A stretch of 64,000 nt of DNA from a virus (taxonomy: Duplodnaviria > Heunggongvirae > Uroviricota > Caudoviricetes), in IMG/VR virus record IMGVR_UViG_3300012347_000364, positions 89,019-153,018 of that record. The stretch is one strand, 5' to 3'. Of this stretch, positions 45,930 to 56,894 are shown one piece after another (the first letter of the stretch is position 1; each line of letters begins with the position of its first letter). The translations under genes were made by a program, and so were the position numbers. The notes beneath the pieces are model-generated. The model saw nothing but the letters and a program-made list of their open reading frames with translations, made no database searches and was not told where the DNA came from.

Positions 45930-48900
45930 ATGCCACTCGATACTAATCTAAGCACCAGCCCATATTTTGACGACTTCGACGAGGCCGCAGAATACTATCG
46001 TGTGCTATTCAAACCGGGCGTATCCGTACAAGTTCGTGAACTTAACCAGCTACAGACGATTCTGCAAAACCAGATCGAACGTTTCGGTAACCATGTATTT
46101 AAAAACGGTACAATTGTAAGCGGCATCAACTTTAGATATCTTCCGAACTATCAGTATGCTAAGATTCTCGACTTGCAGGTTGATGGACAGCCCGTTGCTC
46201 CGACTGGATATGTTGGATACTTCGCGAAGAACAGCGCCAACTTACAAGCACGTATTGTTAACTCTTTAGATGGTTATCAGTCAAGAGACCCTGAGCTGAA
46301 CACACTGTTCTTGCAGTATATCAATAGCGGCAACACGTTGACGTCAGCAGCATACGCGAACAACGACACGTTAACCATCTTCAGTCCTGATAATCCTATT
46401 TTCGACGTCATCGTTAATAATGGTGGGTCTGGGTTCTCTAACTCCGATCTATTAGTATTCACCAGCGCTATTACTGTAAACGTATCTACTGGCTCGTTTA
46501 CATCCGGTGAGACGATCGTACAAGCGACTACGAACGCTCATGCACAAATTATAGAAGTAGATACATCTTCTATAGCGTCGTCTACCGTATTAAAAATTAA
46601 GCCGCTGGCATCCGACCTCTCAAACACCACGACCGGTACTAGCCTATCGGCATGGGATTTCAACGTCGGGTACAACGTAACGGGCGGAACCACTGGTGCT
46701 GTGGCTAACGTCGTTAGCATTCTTGGTGCAGGCGCTAAAGGTACTGTGATTACTGACTCATTGGGCGTTGTTAGTCAAGTGGTTGTTAGCGGTACGTCTG
46801 GCAGCGGTGCTGATTATGTTGTTGCACCACACACAACGATTAAGCCTACCGATGCTGCAGCAACTGTAGGTACGTTAGATCTTACCTCACAGACATACAA
46901 AGCACAGGTCGTAGTTGCTAATAGTTCCTTCAGTGCTCCTGTCGGTAATGGATATGCCTTTGCTGTCACGGATGGTATCATCTACCAAAAAGGAACGTTC
47001 CTTAAAGTAGACTCACAGGTTATTGTAGTAAACGCTTATAGCAGTTCACCTAATAACGTGTCTGTAGGCTTTACGACGGACGAGAGCATTGAGTCTGTGA
47101 ATACAAACACTGCTTTGTATGATAATGCAGCTAACACTACGAACTTCAACGCTCCTGGCGCTGATCGTATGAAGCTAACGCCAAAGTTAATCATCTTAGA
47201 ATCATCAGTCGCTTCTGCGAACGCAGACTTCTTAGCATTGGTCGAATTCAAAGACGGCGAAGCTTACAAAGAAAACAGAACGTCTGTATATAACAATCTA
47301 GGTCAAGAGTTTGCACGTAGAACGTCGGAAACTAGTGGCGACTTTGTAGTGGACGAGTTCCTTACAGTAACTAAAGATAAGCCTGAAGTTAATACAGCAT
47401 ACAATTATGTGGTTGCTGATCCAGGGCTTGGATATATCTCCGGATATCGTGTTCAAACGTTGAAGAACACATACGTGCCAGCACGTAAGGGCACAGATAC
47501 TGCCATTCGAACCAATCAAACAATTACTGCTAACTACGGCAATTACGTTCGCGTGAAGGAAGCTGTTGGCGTTTATGGGTTTAAGACTGGATCCACAATC
47601 TCGTTATACGACACAGCAAGATCCTATATCACTTCTCGTTTGTTTGATGTTGGTGGTACAATTACGCCTGCTGGCAGTGCAATCGGAACTGCTAAAGTGC
47701 GTTCTGTAGTATACGAATCGGGCGAGCCAGGCACACCAACAGCTGTTTACAAGTTGTATCTGTTTGATATAGCAATGAACTACGGCTATAACTTCCGCGA
47801 CGTAAAGAGCTTCTATTACAATGCTACTAATGATGGTATTGCAGATGCAGTTCAAGAACTGAGTGCAACTACTAACACATACATCACCACTCTTAAAGAT
47901 TCGAATTTAAATAATTTGATTTTTAATACTGGTATGCAAGCGTTGAAAAACGCGAACAATGTTACATTTAGCTATAGAACTTCAAATGAAGGGTTGACGC
48001 TTAACGCCGACGGTACGGTTGGGGTTTCGTTGATTGCTTCTGGCGAGACGTTCCCATACACACCAACATCTACATTATCTTCTGCGCAAAAGCAGGATTT
48101 GGTATTGATTCCGCTAGCAAATACTTCCGCAGCCGCAAACGCAGCTGGTACAGTTGCGCCATCAAATACAAGTAGCATCGTTGTGGGCACGTCCACATCG
48201 TTTATTGGTAACTTTGCTGTGGGCGATTATGTTATATTCCAGGGCAACTCTATACAGACGGATGTACGCCGTATTATTAACATTGCAAATAACACACAAA
48301 TCACTGTTGATGCTAATGTTGCTTTTGCAAATACTACAGCTAAGGTACGTAAATTCTTCCCTGCTCTGTATCCAATCCCTCTATCTACGAGAAGCGACCG
48401 AGTCGCTAATACTGGCGCGTTGAGCAGAACTCTGTCTATCAACATTAACACAGCATTAGCTAATGCTGTGCCAGCAGCGTTGTTTTATAACGTAACCAAG
48501 ACAAACGCACAGGAAGTCACTAAGACCATCAACCGCGATAAGTATGTGTTAATCGATACGTCAAATAACGCAGCTACAGTGTCTGGTCCGTGGGCTCTTG
48601 GCGTTTCCGACGTCGCACGACTGAAGGCAGTATATCTTGGCGACAGCGTTGCTGCGCAAGACGTGACCAAACACTTTTACGTTAATCAAGGACATGACGG
48701 AAACTATACCGGTATGTCGTATTTGGTCAAGAAGACTAACTCTTCGCTATCGTTCAGCGGTTCGCAAGAGTTATTAGTGAAGTTCGATTACTTCACGCAT
48801 TCTACTGACGGATATCACACAATTGCTTCATACTCAATTGACGATACTAAAACATTATCAGCATCATCAAATACTATAAGCACTTTTGAGATTCCAGAAG

Positions 48901-50303
48901 TTGTTACGGGCAGCCGTGCATACTACGATTTACGTGATGTTTTTGACTTCCGTCCAAACATCGAAGGGACAGCGACGCCATCTGCAAACGCTGCAACTGC
49001 TCCTGTCAATCCTACCGCAGAAAATACGTTCAATACAAACGATAAGTATTTCCCTGTACCTGATTCTACTATTGCGTTTGATGCAGAAATGTATCTTCCA
49101 CGTGTGGATAGATTCATCGCATCTAAGGATGGTTCGTTTACTATCTTGGAAGGTGCACCTACACTCGACACACCAGTACCACCAACGAAGCCTAACGATA
49201 GCATCACAGTTTCATTAATTGATGTTAAGCCTTATCCTTCAGTGCCACTGCAGGTGTCGACTACCACGTTGCAATTTATCAACAAGGGTGTTGGTGATGC
49301 TGGCGGCGAATATAACCAACGTGTAACTAACTACACCACACAAGCAAAGCGCTTTGCTACAGAGGATAGCTCGCAGCCAAAGAATTACACGATGAATGAT
49401 ATCGGTAATATCGAACGCCGCGTTACTAACTTAGAATATTACGTATCGCTGAACTTGTTAGAGCAGAAGATGAAAGATCTGCAAATTCCAAGCTCAGTAA
49501 CGCCTGGCGTAAACCGTTTTAAGAACGGATTCTATGTTGACAATTTTGAAGATTACTTGAACGTAGATCTCCAAAATAAGGAGTTCTTTGCTACGATTGC
49601 TCAACAACGTGGCGAATTGCAACCATATACAAAACAGTTGAATCTGCAAGCTCAATTCAATAGAGCTGACGTGACGACTAATACTGCAATCTACGGTGCC
49701 AACTCTAGCATATCGCATGGGCAAGGCGCTTCATTGATTTTACCATATGTCGAAGAAGCACTGATCACACAACCTCTATCTTCATCTGTTGTGAATTCGG
49801 ATGGTGTTAAAAACACATTCAACGGCGAGATGGTTATAGGGCCAAGTACGTTTAACATCAAGATTCGTGGCGAGCTTAAATATACACCAGACCCAGTAAG
49901 TCAGTCGAGCGGTGGCGGTGGCGGCGGCACATTCTATTTGTGTACTCTAATGCGCGACTTAGGATTCCTCGACAATGAGCTGTGGGAGGCTGATGGCCGC
50001 TATGGTTGGAAGATCCGTAACAATCAACCTGACGTATTCGTAGGGTATGAGATATGGGCTAAACCTCTAGCCGATTGGATCAGAGCAGGGTTGAAGGAAG
50101 ATAAACTAGCTGCTAAGATTGCTCTAAATATAATTAAACCATTCATTGTTTCGTGGGCCGAGTATATGGCGCGTGAAGAAGGGTTTGATCGTAAATTCAA
50201 CTTGCTTGGTTTTGCGGTGATGAAGATCGGTTTCCCTATATGCAAGGCGCTTGGCGTTGTGCATGGAGCAGCATCTAAGCTAATTAATCGTGTGAGAGCA
50301 TAA
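45930..50303 (+). CDS. large virion structural protein (VrlC/DUF4815-like) with an extra C-terminal domain
   Basis: SPYFDDFD...YYRVLFKPG.SVQ.RELNQLQTILQNQIERFG.HVFKNG. Confidence 0.85.
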   Translation: MPLDTNLSTSPYFDDFDEAAEYYRVLFKPGVSVQVRELNQLQTILQNQIERFGNHVFKNGTIVSGINFRYLPNYQYAKILDLQVDGQPVAPTGYVGYFAKNSANLQARIVNSLDGYQSRDPELNTLFLQYINSGNTLTSAAYANNDTLTIFSPDNPIFDVIVNNGGSGFSNSDLLVFTSAITVNVSTGSFTSGETIVQATTNAHAQIIEVDTSSIASSTVLKIKPLASDLSNTTTGTSLSAWDFNVGYNVTGGTTGAVANVVSILGAGAKGTVITDSLGVVSQVVVSGTSGSGADYVVAPHTTIKPTDAAATVGTLDLTSQTYKAQVVVANSSFSAPVGNGYAFAVTDGIIYQKGTFLKVDSQVIVVNAYSSSPNNVSVGFTTDESIESVNTNTALYDNAANTTNFNAPGADRMKLTPKLIILESSVASANADFLALVEFKDGEAYKENRTSVYNNLGQEFARRTSETSGDFVVDEFLTVTKDKPEVNTAYNYVVADPGLGYISGYRVQTLKNTYVPARKGTDTAIRTNQTITANYGNYVRVKEAVGVYGFKTGSTISLYDTARSYITSRLFDVGGTITPAGSAIGTAKVRSVVYESGEPGTPTAVYKLYLFDIAMNYGYNFRDVKSFYYNATNDGIADAVQELSATTNTYITTLKDSNLNNLIFNTGMQALKNANNVTFSYRTSNEGLTLNADGTVGVSLIASGETFPYTPTSTLSSAQKQDLVLIPLANTSAAANAAGTVAPSNTSSIVVGTSTSFIGNFAVGDYVIFQGNSIQTDVRRIINIANNTQITVDANVAFANTTAKVRKFFPALYPIPLSTRSDRVANTGALSRTLSININTALANAVPAALFYNVTKTNAQEVTKTINRDKYVLIDTSNNAATVSGPWALGVSDVARLKAVYLGDSVAAQDVTKHFYVNQGHDGNYTGMSYLVKKTNSSLSFSGSQELLVKFDYFTHSTDGYHTIASYSIDDTKTLSASSNTISTFEIPEVVTGSRAYYDLRDVFDFRPNIEGTATPSANAATAPVNPTAENTFNTNDKYFPVPDSTIAFDAEMYLPRVDRFIASKDGSFTILEGAPTLDTPVPPTKPNDSITVSLIDVKPYPSVPLQVSTTTLQFINKGVGDAGGEYNQRVTNYTTQAKRFATEDSSQPKNYTMNDIGNIERRVTNLEYYVSLNLLEQKMKDLQIPSSVTPGVNRFKNGFYVDNFEDYLNVDLQNKEFFATIAQQRGELQPYTKQLNLQAQFNRADVTTNTAIYGANSSISHGQGASLILPYVEEALITQPLSSSVVNSDGVKNTFNGEMVIGPSTFNIKIRGELKYTPDPVSQSSGGGGGGTFYLCTLMRDLGFLDNELWEADGRYGWKIRNNQPDVFVGYEIWAKPLADWIRAGLKEDKLAAKIALNIIKPFIVSWAEYMAREEGFDRKFNLLGFAVMKIGFPICKALGVVHGAASKLINRVRA

Positions 50304-50723
50304 ATGTACACCCCACAAATATTCTTTTTATCAAAGAACCAATCATTCGACATCACAGTGACGGGGTTACTACCCGTCACGTACCACAGATTTTATTACG
50401 AAGGTCGTCAAGTAGCGACCGATAAGATTAAGCCACGTGGCAAGGTGCTCGGCGAGACTATATTGACAGACGAGAATGGTTCAGCATCATTCACATTCTT
50501 TCTAGATACCGGCTTGGGCGACTTAACCACATCACTTGATGCTTTCTATGCTGCTACTAACAGCTTAGTAGGTAAAAAAGAAGTAGTGGTATGTAATCTG
50601 AATGTGGCTACACTTCCTGCTAATTTCGCTGACGTGGCCACATCATACTCAAAATCGTTTATCCAAGTATCTGTGTATAACCCAACAGAAAAAGAGTTCA
50701 ACGAAGGCTTTGGAACAAAATAA
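50304..50723 (+). CDS. virion structural protein (VrlC-like segment)
   Basis: V.GL.P.T...FY.EG..V...TDENG. Confidence 0.6.
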   Translation: MYTPQIFFLSKNQSFDITVTGLLPVTYHRFYYEGRQVATDKIKPRGKVLGETILTDENGSASFTFFLDTGLGDLTTSLDAFYAATNSLVGKKEVVVCNLNVATLPANFADVATSYSKSFIQVSVYNPTEKEFNEGFGTK

Positions 50724-50726
50724 CAT

Positions 50727-52775
50727 ATGGCTACAGAATTCGACCTAGCACAGACATTTTATGTCGACCCACAAGCAGTTAAGATGGCTGACACCATCTA
50801 TCTCACGAGTGTAGATCTTTACTTCGAAGATAAGCCTATTGCGGGCAAAACAAGAACTGGCATTGCGACGCCTGGCGTTACGTTGTACGTATGCCCAGTG
50901 TATAATGACGTTCCTGACGTTGAGAACTATATTATCGACTCGCGCGCTCGTCGTGAGTATAGCGAGATCATAACTAGCACGACCGCAGCGATAGCAACTA
51001 CATTCAACTTCGAATATCCAGTTGCTGTAAAGACGGATCGCAGCTACGCTGTTTTAATCAGATTCGACGGCAGCGATCCTGATTTCTTATTGTGGTGGAA
51101 TAAGGCCGGTGAGAAGATTCTTTCTACAGAGAGCACCACACAGGTTTCGTCAGGCAAAGTGGATGGTTACTTCTACAAGCTCACTAACGGTAACAATCTC
51201 CAAGGCATGCGCGATGCTGATTTGAAGTTTAACGTTAAGATGGCTCGCTTCACTAGCCCTAGTACCACTTTCAGATTAGCAAATAAGGATTTTGAATTTT
51301 TCAAGTACTTTGCTAATAATGCATCTGGTAACTTTTTAGGTGGTGAATATGTGTATCAGAACACAACACCATCATCAGGTTCTTTGACAGTGGCGTCCGA
51401 CTCAGTCGTCATTGAAGGTAGCGGCACTACGTTTCTGACCGATTATAAAATCGGTGATCATATCATCTTCACTGATGGTACAGACACAAACGTACGACAT
51501 GTAGTTTCTGTCGCTAGCGATAGTCGCCTTACTGTAGACGTGACGCCTACGTTCTCTAATTCAGCTGCTGACTATTTAATCACGCCTATTGGATATGTCT
51601 ACGATTTTGACTCTACTACTGAGCATTTGTTCTTAGAAGGATCATCTGCAAATAGCACTATTAAATTTACTGCAGGCGAGACAGTTGTTGGCGTCGATAG
51701 TCGAGCATATGCGAAGATTAGCGAGATTATCAACTTCGAGGCAAACTATATCCGTGCAGGCATGAACTTTGACACGCCTTCCGGCACGACGGTCAACGTC
51801 CACATCAACTTTGCAAATACTTCGTACGATTATGATAATGGTACAGCTAAGAATGTTGAACTGGGAGCAGAAGTATTCATCAACGACTATCCGGCAATTA
51901 TAGCGTCACGTTCTAATGAAGTGATCAATGGCGGTGGCCTATTCACAGGGTCAAAGTCGCTTGAAGCACAGATTGATTTTATCTCTTCAAACCCATACAC
52001 GTCTCCATACATCAAGGAAGAAAACCTAGATTTATTTACATACAGATTTGAAATCAACAACACCAGTACTGGCGAAGAAACGTCGTCAGGCGCTGCTAAA
52101 TCGAAAGCTGTATCTAAGAAAATTGTACTAGCAGAAGGTCAGGATGCTGAGGATCTACGCGTGTACCTAACAGCATACAAGCCGCAAGGAACTGACATTG
52201 AAGTGTATGCTAAGTTTTTGAACGTTGCTGACTCCGAACCATTCGACGATAAGTCTTGGACGAAGTTAGATCTGGCTTCGAATACCAACATGGTAAGCTC
52301 TTCATTCAACCGTGCAGATTATATTGAATTGGAATATAAGGTCCCAACATATCAGCCTGGAACGGCGATTGATGGTGCATGGACGACGAGTATGTCGAAT
52401 AACGTGATAGTTGCTACAGGCGTTACTGCAAATGCTGTACTAGTTGAACAGGATGTGGTTAGATTATACGATCCTGCGTTCCCTAACAACCACATCACAG
52501 CCGTTGTTGCCACGTCAAATGCTTCGACTATTACGTTAACAACAGCAATCGACAATGCTAGCTTGGTTAGCGGTGGTTTAAAGTTAGAAAAGGTTACAAA
52601 TCCACATAGTGCCTTTTTAAACATTCAAAACGACAACATTATTCGCTACTACAATAATGGGTTGAGTCAGCTTGATGGTTATAAGGTATTTGCTACAAAG
52701 ATCGTGTTATTAGCTAATACTGATTTTAGAGTACCATTTGTAAGCAATATCCGCGGTATTGCAGTGTCAGCATGA
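50727..52775 (+). CDS. virion structural protein (VrlC-like C-terminal segment)
   Basis: DLAQTFYVD...TSVDLYF...EDLRVYL.AYKP...FATKIV. Confidence 0.7.
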   Translation: MATEFDLAQTFYVDPQAVKMADTIYLTSVDLYFEDKPIAGKTRTGIATPGVTLYVCPVYNDVPDVENYIIDSRARREYSEIITSTTAAIATTFNFEYPVAVKTDRSYAVLIRFDGSDPDFLLWWNKAGEKILSTESTTQVSSGKVDGYFYKLTNGNNLQGMRDADLKFNVKMARFTSPSTTFRLANKDFEFFKYFANNASGNFLGGEYVYQNTTPSSGSLTVASDSVVIEGSGTTFLTDYKIGDHIIFTDGTDTNVRHVVSVASDSRLTVDVTPTFSNSAADYLITPIGYVYDFDSTTEHLFLEGSSANSTIKFTAGETVVGVDSRAYAKISEIINFEANYIRAGMNFDTPSGTTVNVHINFANTSYDYDNGTAKNVELGAEVFINDYPAIIASRSNEVINGGGLFTGSKSLEAQIDFISSNPYTSPYIKEENLDLFTYRFEINNTSTGEETSSGAAKSKAVSKKIVLAEGQDAEDLRVYLTAYKPQGTDIEVYAKFLNVADSEPFDDKSWTKLDLASNTNMVSSSFNRADYIELEYKVPTYQPGTAIDGAWTTSMSNNVIVATGVTANAVLVEQDVVRLYDPAFPNNHITAVVATSNASTITLTTAIDNASLVSGGLKLEKVTNPHSAFLNIQNDNIIRYYNNGLSQLDGYKVFATKIVLLANTDFRVPFVSNIRGIAVSA

Positions 52776-52978
52776 TCAAGTACGAAACTACCGACTCCCC
52801 CGGACTCGTGAAGGATCGTACGCGAGGGCATGTTAGTGCTGTGCTAAATACTGATAATGCTCGGCTTGCAGAATATCGCACGCAACGCGCAAGACTCCGC
52901 AGAGTCGATCGGCTTGAGGCTGAAGTATCGGAACTCAAGCAGATAGTAAAGTCACTACTAGGAATGAAGAATGTCTAA
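52772..52978 (+). CDS. small conserved coiled-coil protein of the tail region
   Basis: LVKD...AVLNTD...Y. Confidence 0.7.
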   Translation: MIKYETTDSPGLVKDRTRGHVSAVLNTDNARLAEYRTQRARLRRVDRLEAEVSELKQIVKSLLGMKNV

Positions 52979-53927
52979 AAGTATTGCTGAAGTAGTCGTT
53001 TCTACGGATAGCTTTTCCACGCTAATAACTCGCGTTAATCAGATTGCTGATGCTATGAGTTATGAGGTAGTAACAGCCAATAGCTCATCTACCGGTTCAA
53101 CCACCACAGGAAATGCTGCTGTAGTGGGTATCCTATCATCTAACACATTAGCAGTCACAACGTCATTGCGTGGCGGTACTGTCAGCACCCCTGGCAATTT
53201 GTACATGACGTCTAACGTCGTGGTTAGCAATGGTGTGCTTACGGTCAATTCGAGCATGACTGTGAACAATACAACCACAGGGCTGTATAGCAACAATGCT
53301 ACGATAGGCGGTAATAATCTCACTATCAGCAGCTCTAACACGACCGTTACGGGCAACACGGCCCTAGTCGGTAGTGTGTTTGCAAACAGCGACTTCTATA
53401 TTAATAACTCTAACACGTACATTGACTCATACTCGATGACCGTTACTGGTTCAACGATTGAACTGAACCCAACACAGTTGATTATTAATGCGACAGCTAC
53501 GACTATTTCGTCCAATACTGTCATTGATGGTGAATTGGCTGTTGCGAACACTGTCACTATCAGCGGTGGTATTTTATTTGGGCCTGGTGGTATACTTGGC
53601 CAACAGACGTTTGCTGCCATACCTAATCTAGGGGCAAACACAACTAGTCCGCAATTAGTATGGACTTACCCTAAGAGTGGGTTCACGCTGGCCAATATGT
53701 ATACGGTGGTTCGATCTAGTACTGCTGCAAACGTCCAATCAACACAAGCATCTGTTATATGTAATGGTGTGGATGCATACATGACAGTGTTTGCTGTTCT
53801 AGCAGCTCCAAATACTGCTAACCTTGGCATATTCTCGATAGGAACTGATGCTGCAAACGTTTATATGTACTACACGCAGAATCAACCGAACTCGATAGTA
53901 ACACTAAACATTACCTTAAACAGCTAA
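52971..53927 (+). CDS. tail fibre/baseplate-associated structural protein
   Basis: DSFSTLITRVNQI N-terminus; Asn/Thr/Ser-rich beta repeats. Confidence 0.65.
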   Translation: MSKSIAEVVVSTDSFSTLITRVNQIADAMSYEVVTANSSSTGSTTTGNAAVVGILSSNTLAVTTSLRGGTVSTPGNLYMTSNVVVSNGVLTVNSSMTVNNTTTGLYSNNATIGGNNLTISSSNTTVTGNTALVGSVFANSDFYINNSNTYIDSYSMTVTGSTIELNPTQLIINATATTISSNTVIDGELAVANTVTISGGILFGPGGILGQQTFAAIPNLGANTTSPQLVWTYPKSGFTLANMYTVVRSSTAANVQSTQASVICNGVDAYMTVFAVLAAPNTANLGIFSIGTDAANVYMYYTQNQPNSIVTLNITLNS

Positions 53928-53928
53928 T

Positions 53929-54684
53929 ATGGCATCTTCTAATACCCAGTTCAAAGCCGAAAATGGCATTTATGCTACGGCAAATTCTACCTTTGCAGGC
54001 AGCGTATACATCGGCGGGTCTGCAAATATCGCCGGCGATTTTACGGTGGGTGGTAGTGTGGTCTTTACTGCTAATGTAACTGGCAACTTTATTCCAGACG
54101 TTAGCGGCCGATCATTAGGTAATACAACAAACCGTTGGGAGATTACAGCAAATTCTGGTAATTTTGCCAACGTTGTTACTATTGCTGGTAATACAATCCC
54201 CACATCTAACGGTGGCAATATTGGTACACCAAGCGCACGTTGGTTCTTATACTCTGTTGGCGCCAACGTTGTAGGAACATCTACAACAACCGAATTAGTA
54301 ACGACTAATAACGCTAGTGTAGGCAATAACTTAGTTGTTAGCAATAATGTAACGATCAATAGTCGCGTCAATCTTTCCGGCAACGCTTTCACATCATCCA
54401 ATACATCACAGTCAGTAATTGACACATATTCTGCTACAACATACCGCAGCGCAAAGTATTTGGTAGAGACGGTAGACAATAATACAACAGGTTCTTATGT
54501 TGTGCAAGAATTATTACTAACGCACAACGGAACGATCGTGTCGTTGAGCGAGTATGGTGCTGTGCAAATGGCAACGCCTTACGCAACGTTTGACGCTGAT
54601 ATCAGTGGCGGCAACGTTCGTCTATTAGCAACGTCTACATCTACAAACACAACATATAAAGTAGCTCGTACGCTACTACTCTAA
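53929..54684 (+). CDS. tail fibre-associated structural protein
   Basis: YRSAKYLVE...ELLLTHNGT...EYG...FDADISGGNVRL. Confidence 0.65.
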   Translation: MASSNTQFKAENGIYATANSTFAGSVYIGGSANIAGDFTVGGSVVFTANVTGNFIPDVSGRSLGNTTNRWEITANSGNFANVVTIAGNTIPTSNGGNIGTPSARWFLYSVGANVVGTSTTTELVTTNNASVGNNLVVSNNVTINSRVNLSGNAFTSSNTSQSVIDTYSATTYRSAKYLVETVDNNTTGSYVVQELLLTHNGTIVSLSEYGAVQMATPYATFDADISGGNVRLLATSTSTNTTYKVARTLLL

Positions 54685-54714
54685 TTTAACAATCATTAGC
54701 GGATAGGGAAACTA

Positions 54715-56085
54715 ATGGCAAATTTACAAGACTTCCGCGTTAAACGCGGTTTAATCGTTGCTAATAATACAACGCTCTCAGGCAACGCGAGCGTATCAGG
54801 TAACTTAGCAGTCGTTGGTATTACGACACATACTGGCAACACAACGTTTAATGGAGCCGTCACGGTAGCGAACACAGCTGCGTTTGTGGGCGGCAACGTT
54901 GTATTCAATTCTAACACACTCGTCGTAGATGCCACCAATAGCCGTGTTGCAGTGAATGCTGCGTCAAGCACTGTGGCGTTCTATGTTCAAGGTGCTGCTA
55001 ACGTATCTACTACGTTTACGACAGCTAACTTAGTCGCGAATAACATTTCAACTACCACCGCAGCAGTTAATACATTAACGGTCTCTGGATCAACCAACTC
55101 ATCGATTGGTACATCGACGTTCTTCGTTAATCCTTCACTGAACCGTGTAGGTATCAATACCGCTGCGCCAGATGCGTCGCTTGCTGTTTCAGGAACTGCT
55201 AACGTATCTGGCGCAGCATCATTCGGTAATACATCAGCTTTCGTTGGCGCAGCCACTTTCAGCAATACAATTGCTGTTACTGGTGCTACGACGTTGAGCA
55301 GTACTGTTTCTGTTGCTGGTGATGTTACTATCATCAGCGGTAACGTAGCTCTAAGCAACACATCTAAGTACTTTGTTGGTAGTATTACAGGTACGTCCAA
55401 TACAACGATGCGTACAGTAAACCCTGGCTCATATTTGTCGGGCGGTGGGCAATTGACGTCAGATATTACGTTGAACGTAAATGCGACGCCTAGTAACGTA
55501 GGTTCAACTATAGTAGCACGCAATGCTTCAGGCGATTTTACTGCTGGCACAATCTCCGCGACATTGTCTGGAACTGCAACATACGGCACATATTCATCAT
55601 ACTTGTTATATGGCGGTTCATATCGCAGTGCTACAGAAGCAAATACAGCTTCAACTATCATGGCACGTGATACTAACGGCGATACGAATGCACGTTACTT
55701 CCGTGGTACTGCCACGTCAGCGCTGTATGCTGACTTAGCTGAATTGTATTTGGCTGATGAAGATTATCCTGTAGGTACGGTAGTAACTATTGGCGGCGAG
55801 AAGGAAATCACTGCATACTCAAGCGAAGTATCGATAAGAGCATTGGGCACAATTTCGGAGAATCCTGCATACTTGATGAATAGTGGGCTAGAAGGTGGTC
55901 TCCCTGTAGCATTGAAGGGCCGAGTACCAGTACGCGTCCTTGGCACTGTTAGGAAGAATCAAGGGTTAGGTCCAAGCGCCGTTCCTGGTGTTGCTACGAT
56001 GGCTAGCCACAATTACTTCGCAATTGCTTTGCAGGATTATGACAACTTTGGTGAAGAAGGCATCATCGAGGCTGTGATTCTATGA
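54715..56085 (+). CDS. tail fibre protein with putative C-terminal autocleaving chaperone domain
   Basis: FRVKRGL start; RVGINT repeats; C-terminal ALYADLAELY...GTVV.IGG.KE...ALKGRVPVRV. Confidence 0.7.
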   Translation: MANLQDFRVKRGLIVANNTTLSGNASVSGNLAVVGITTHTGNTTFNGAVTVANTAAFVGGNVVFNSNTLVVDATNSRVAVNAASSTVAFYVQGAANVSTTFTTANLVANNISTTTAAVNTLTVSGSTNSSIGTSTFFVNPSLNRVGINTAAPDASLAVSGTANVSGAASFGNTSAFVGAATFSNTIAVTGATTLSSTVSVAGDVTIISGNVALSNTSKYFVGSITGTSNTTMRTVNPGSYLSGGGQLTSDITLNVNATPSNVGSTIVARNASGDFTAGTISATLSGTATYGTYSSYLLYGGSYRSATEANTASTIMARDTNGDTNARYFRGTATSALYADLAELYLADEDYPVGTVVTIGGEKEITAYSSEVSIRALGTISENPAYLMNSGLEGGLPVALKGRVPVRVLGTVRKNQGLGPSAVPGVATMASHNYFAIALQDYDNFGEEGIIEAVIL

Positions 56086-56894
56086 CGCTAGCCGAATACG
56101 CAAAGACCCATGAGGAGTTGGCGAATGTGGGATTCGTTCAACACGACATGCCAACCGCACCAAAAATTGTAGGATTGTTTGGTGGGTTTTCTTTGCGTGA
56201 TGTTCAACCACTGAACGCCCACAACGAGAGTTTAAAGCGTGATTTTGGACCACCTCCGGAGGATCTCGGTCTAACTACGCGTGATGAGATTGAGCAGTGG
56301 TATGCAGAACAAATTCCCTCGCTAGCACCAAATAAAAAGAAGACGTTGACGCAAGGATTCAATCAGCAGGGTGTATGTTACTTAGACCCTTGCTGGCCAA
56401 TAATTTTAGCCGATTATATGTCTACCCTGAGTGTGGAAGAGTGTGCCGCTCTTGAGACACAGTATGAATATATCGGTCTAAATGTTGCCGAATACATTGA
56501 AGCTGTAAATGCAGAGCATCGTGGTGGTTCATATCCGGAGCATATGAGCATACCCACCTTACAACAACGTAAGTATTTTATCAATGATGTTATAGTAGAC
56601 CAGCTACTAAAGCCTTTGTTTGTTGATGGGAAGTATTCAATCCAACAAAAAGCAATTGTAATGGTACTGCCTTTCGGTTCTTCAGAATTTGCGCAGGATT
56701 GTGATAACTTGGTGTATATGAAAGAATCGGCTGAGGTTGTTGCAGACTTCATGCAATATCTTGATGAAGATATGAAGCTTATTGTTAGCGATCACGAGGC
56801 TACATACGTTATACAAAAGCATGTTGCTATCGACATAAATAATATGACAGACGCTCAGATTATCAACAACATCATCTACAACACGAGTATATAA
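56082..56894 (+). CDS. hypothetical protein
   Basis: ORF coupled to the fibre gene; no motif recognised. Confidence 0.7.
   Translation: MTLAEYAKTHEELANVGFVQHDMPTAPKIVGLFGGFSLRDVQPLNAHNESLKRDFGPPPEDLGLTTRDEIEQWYAEQIPSLAPNKKKTLTQGFNQQGVCYLDPCWPIILADYMSTLSVEECAALETQYEYIGLNVAEYIEAVNAEHRGGSYPEHMSIPTLQQRKYFINDVIVDQLLKPLFVDGKYSIQQKAIVMVLPFGSSEFAQDCDNLVYMKESAEVVADFMQYLDEDMKLIVSDHEATYVIQKHVAIDINNMTDAQIINNIIYNTSI

Noticed and set aside
49900-50303. Intein/Hint domain at the end of the VrlC-like protein
   Set aside because: No CF..GT block A or terminal HN motif; kept only as an unknown terminal module.
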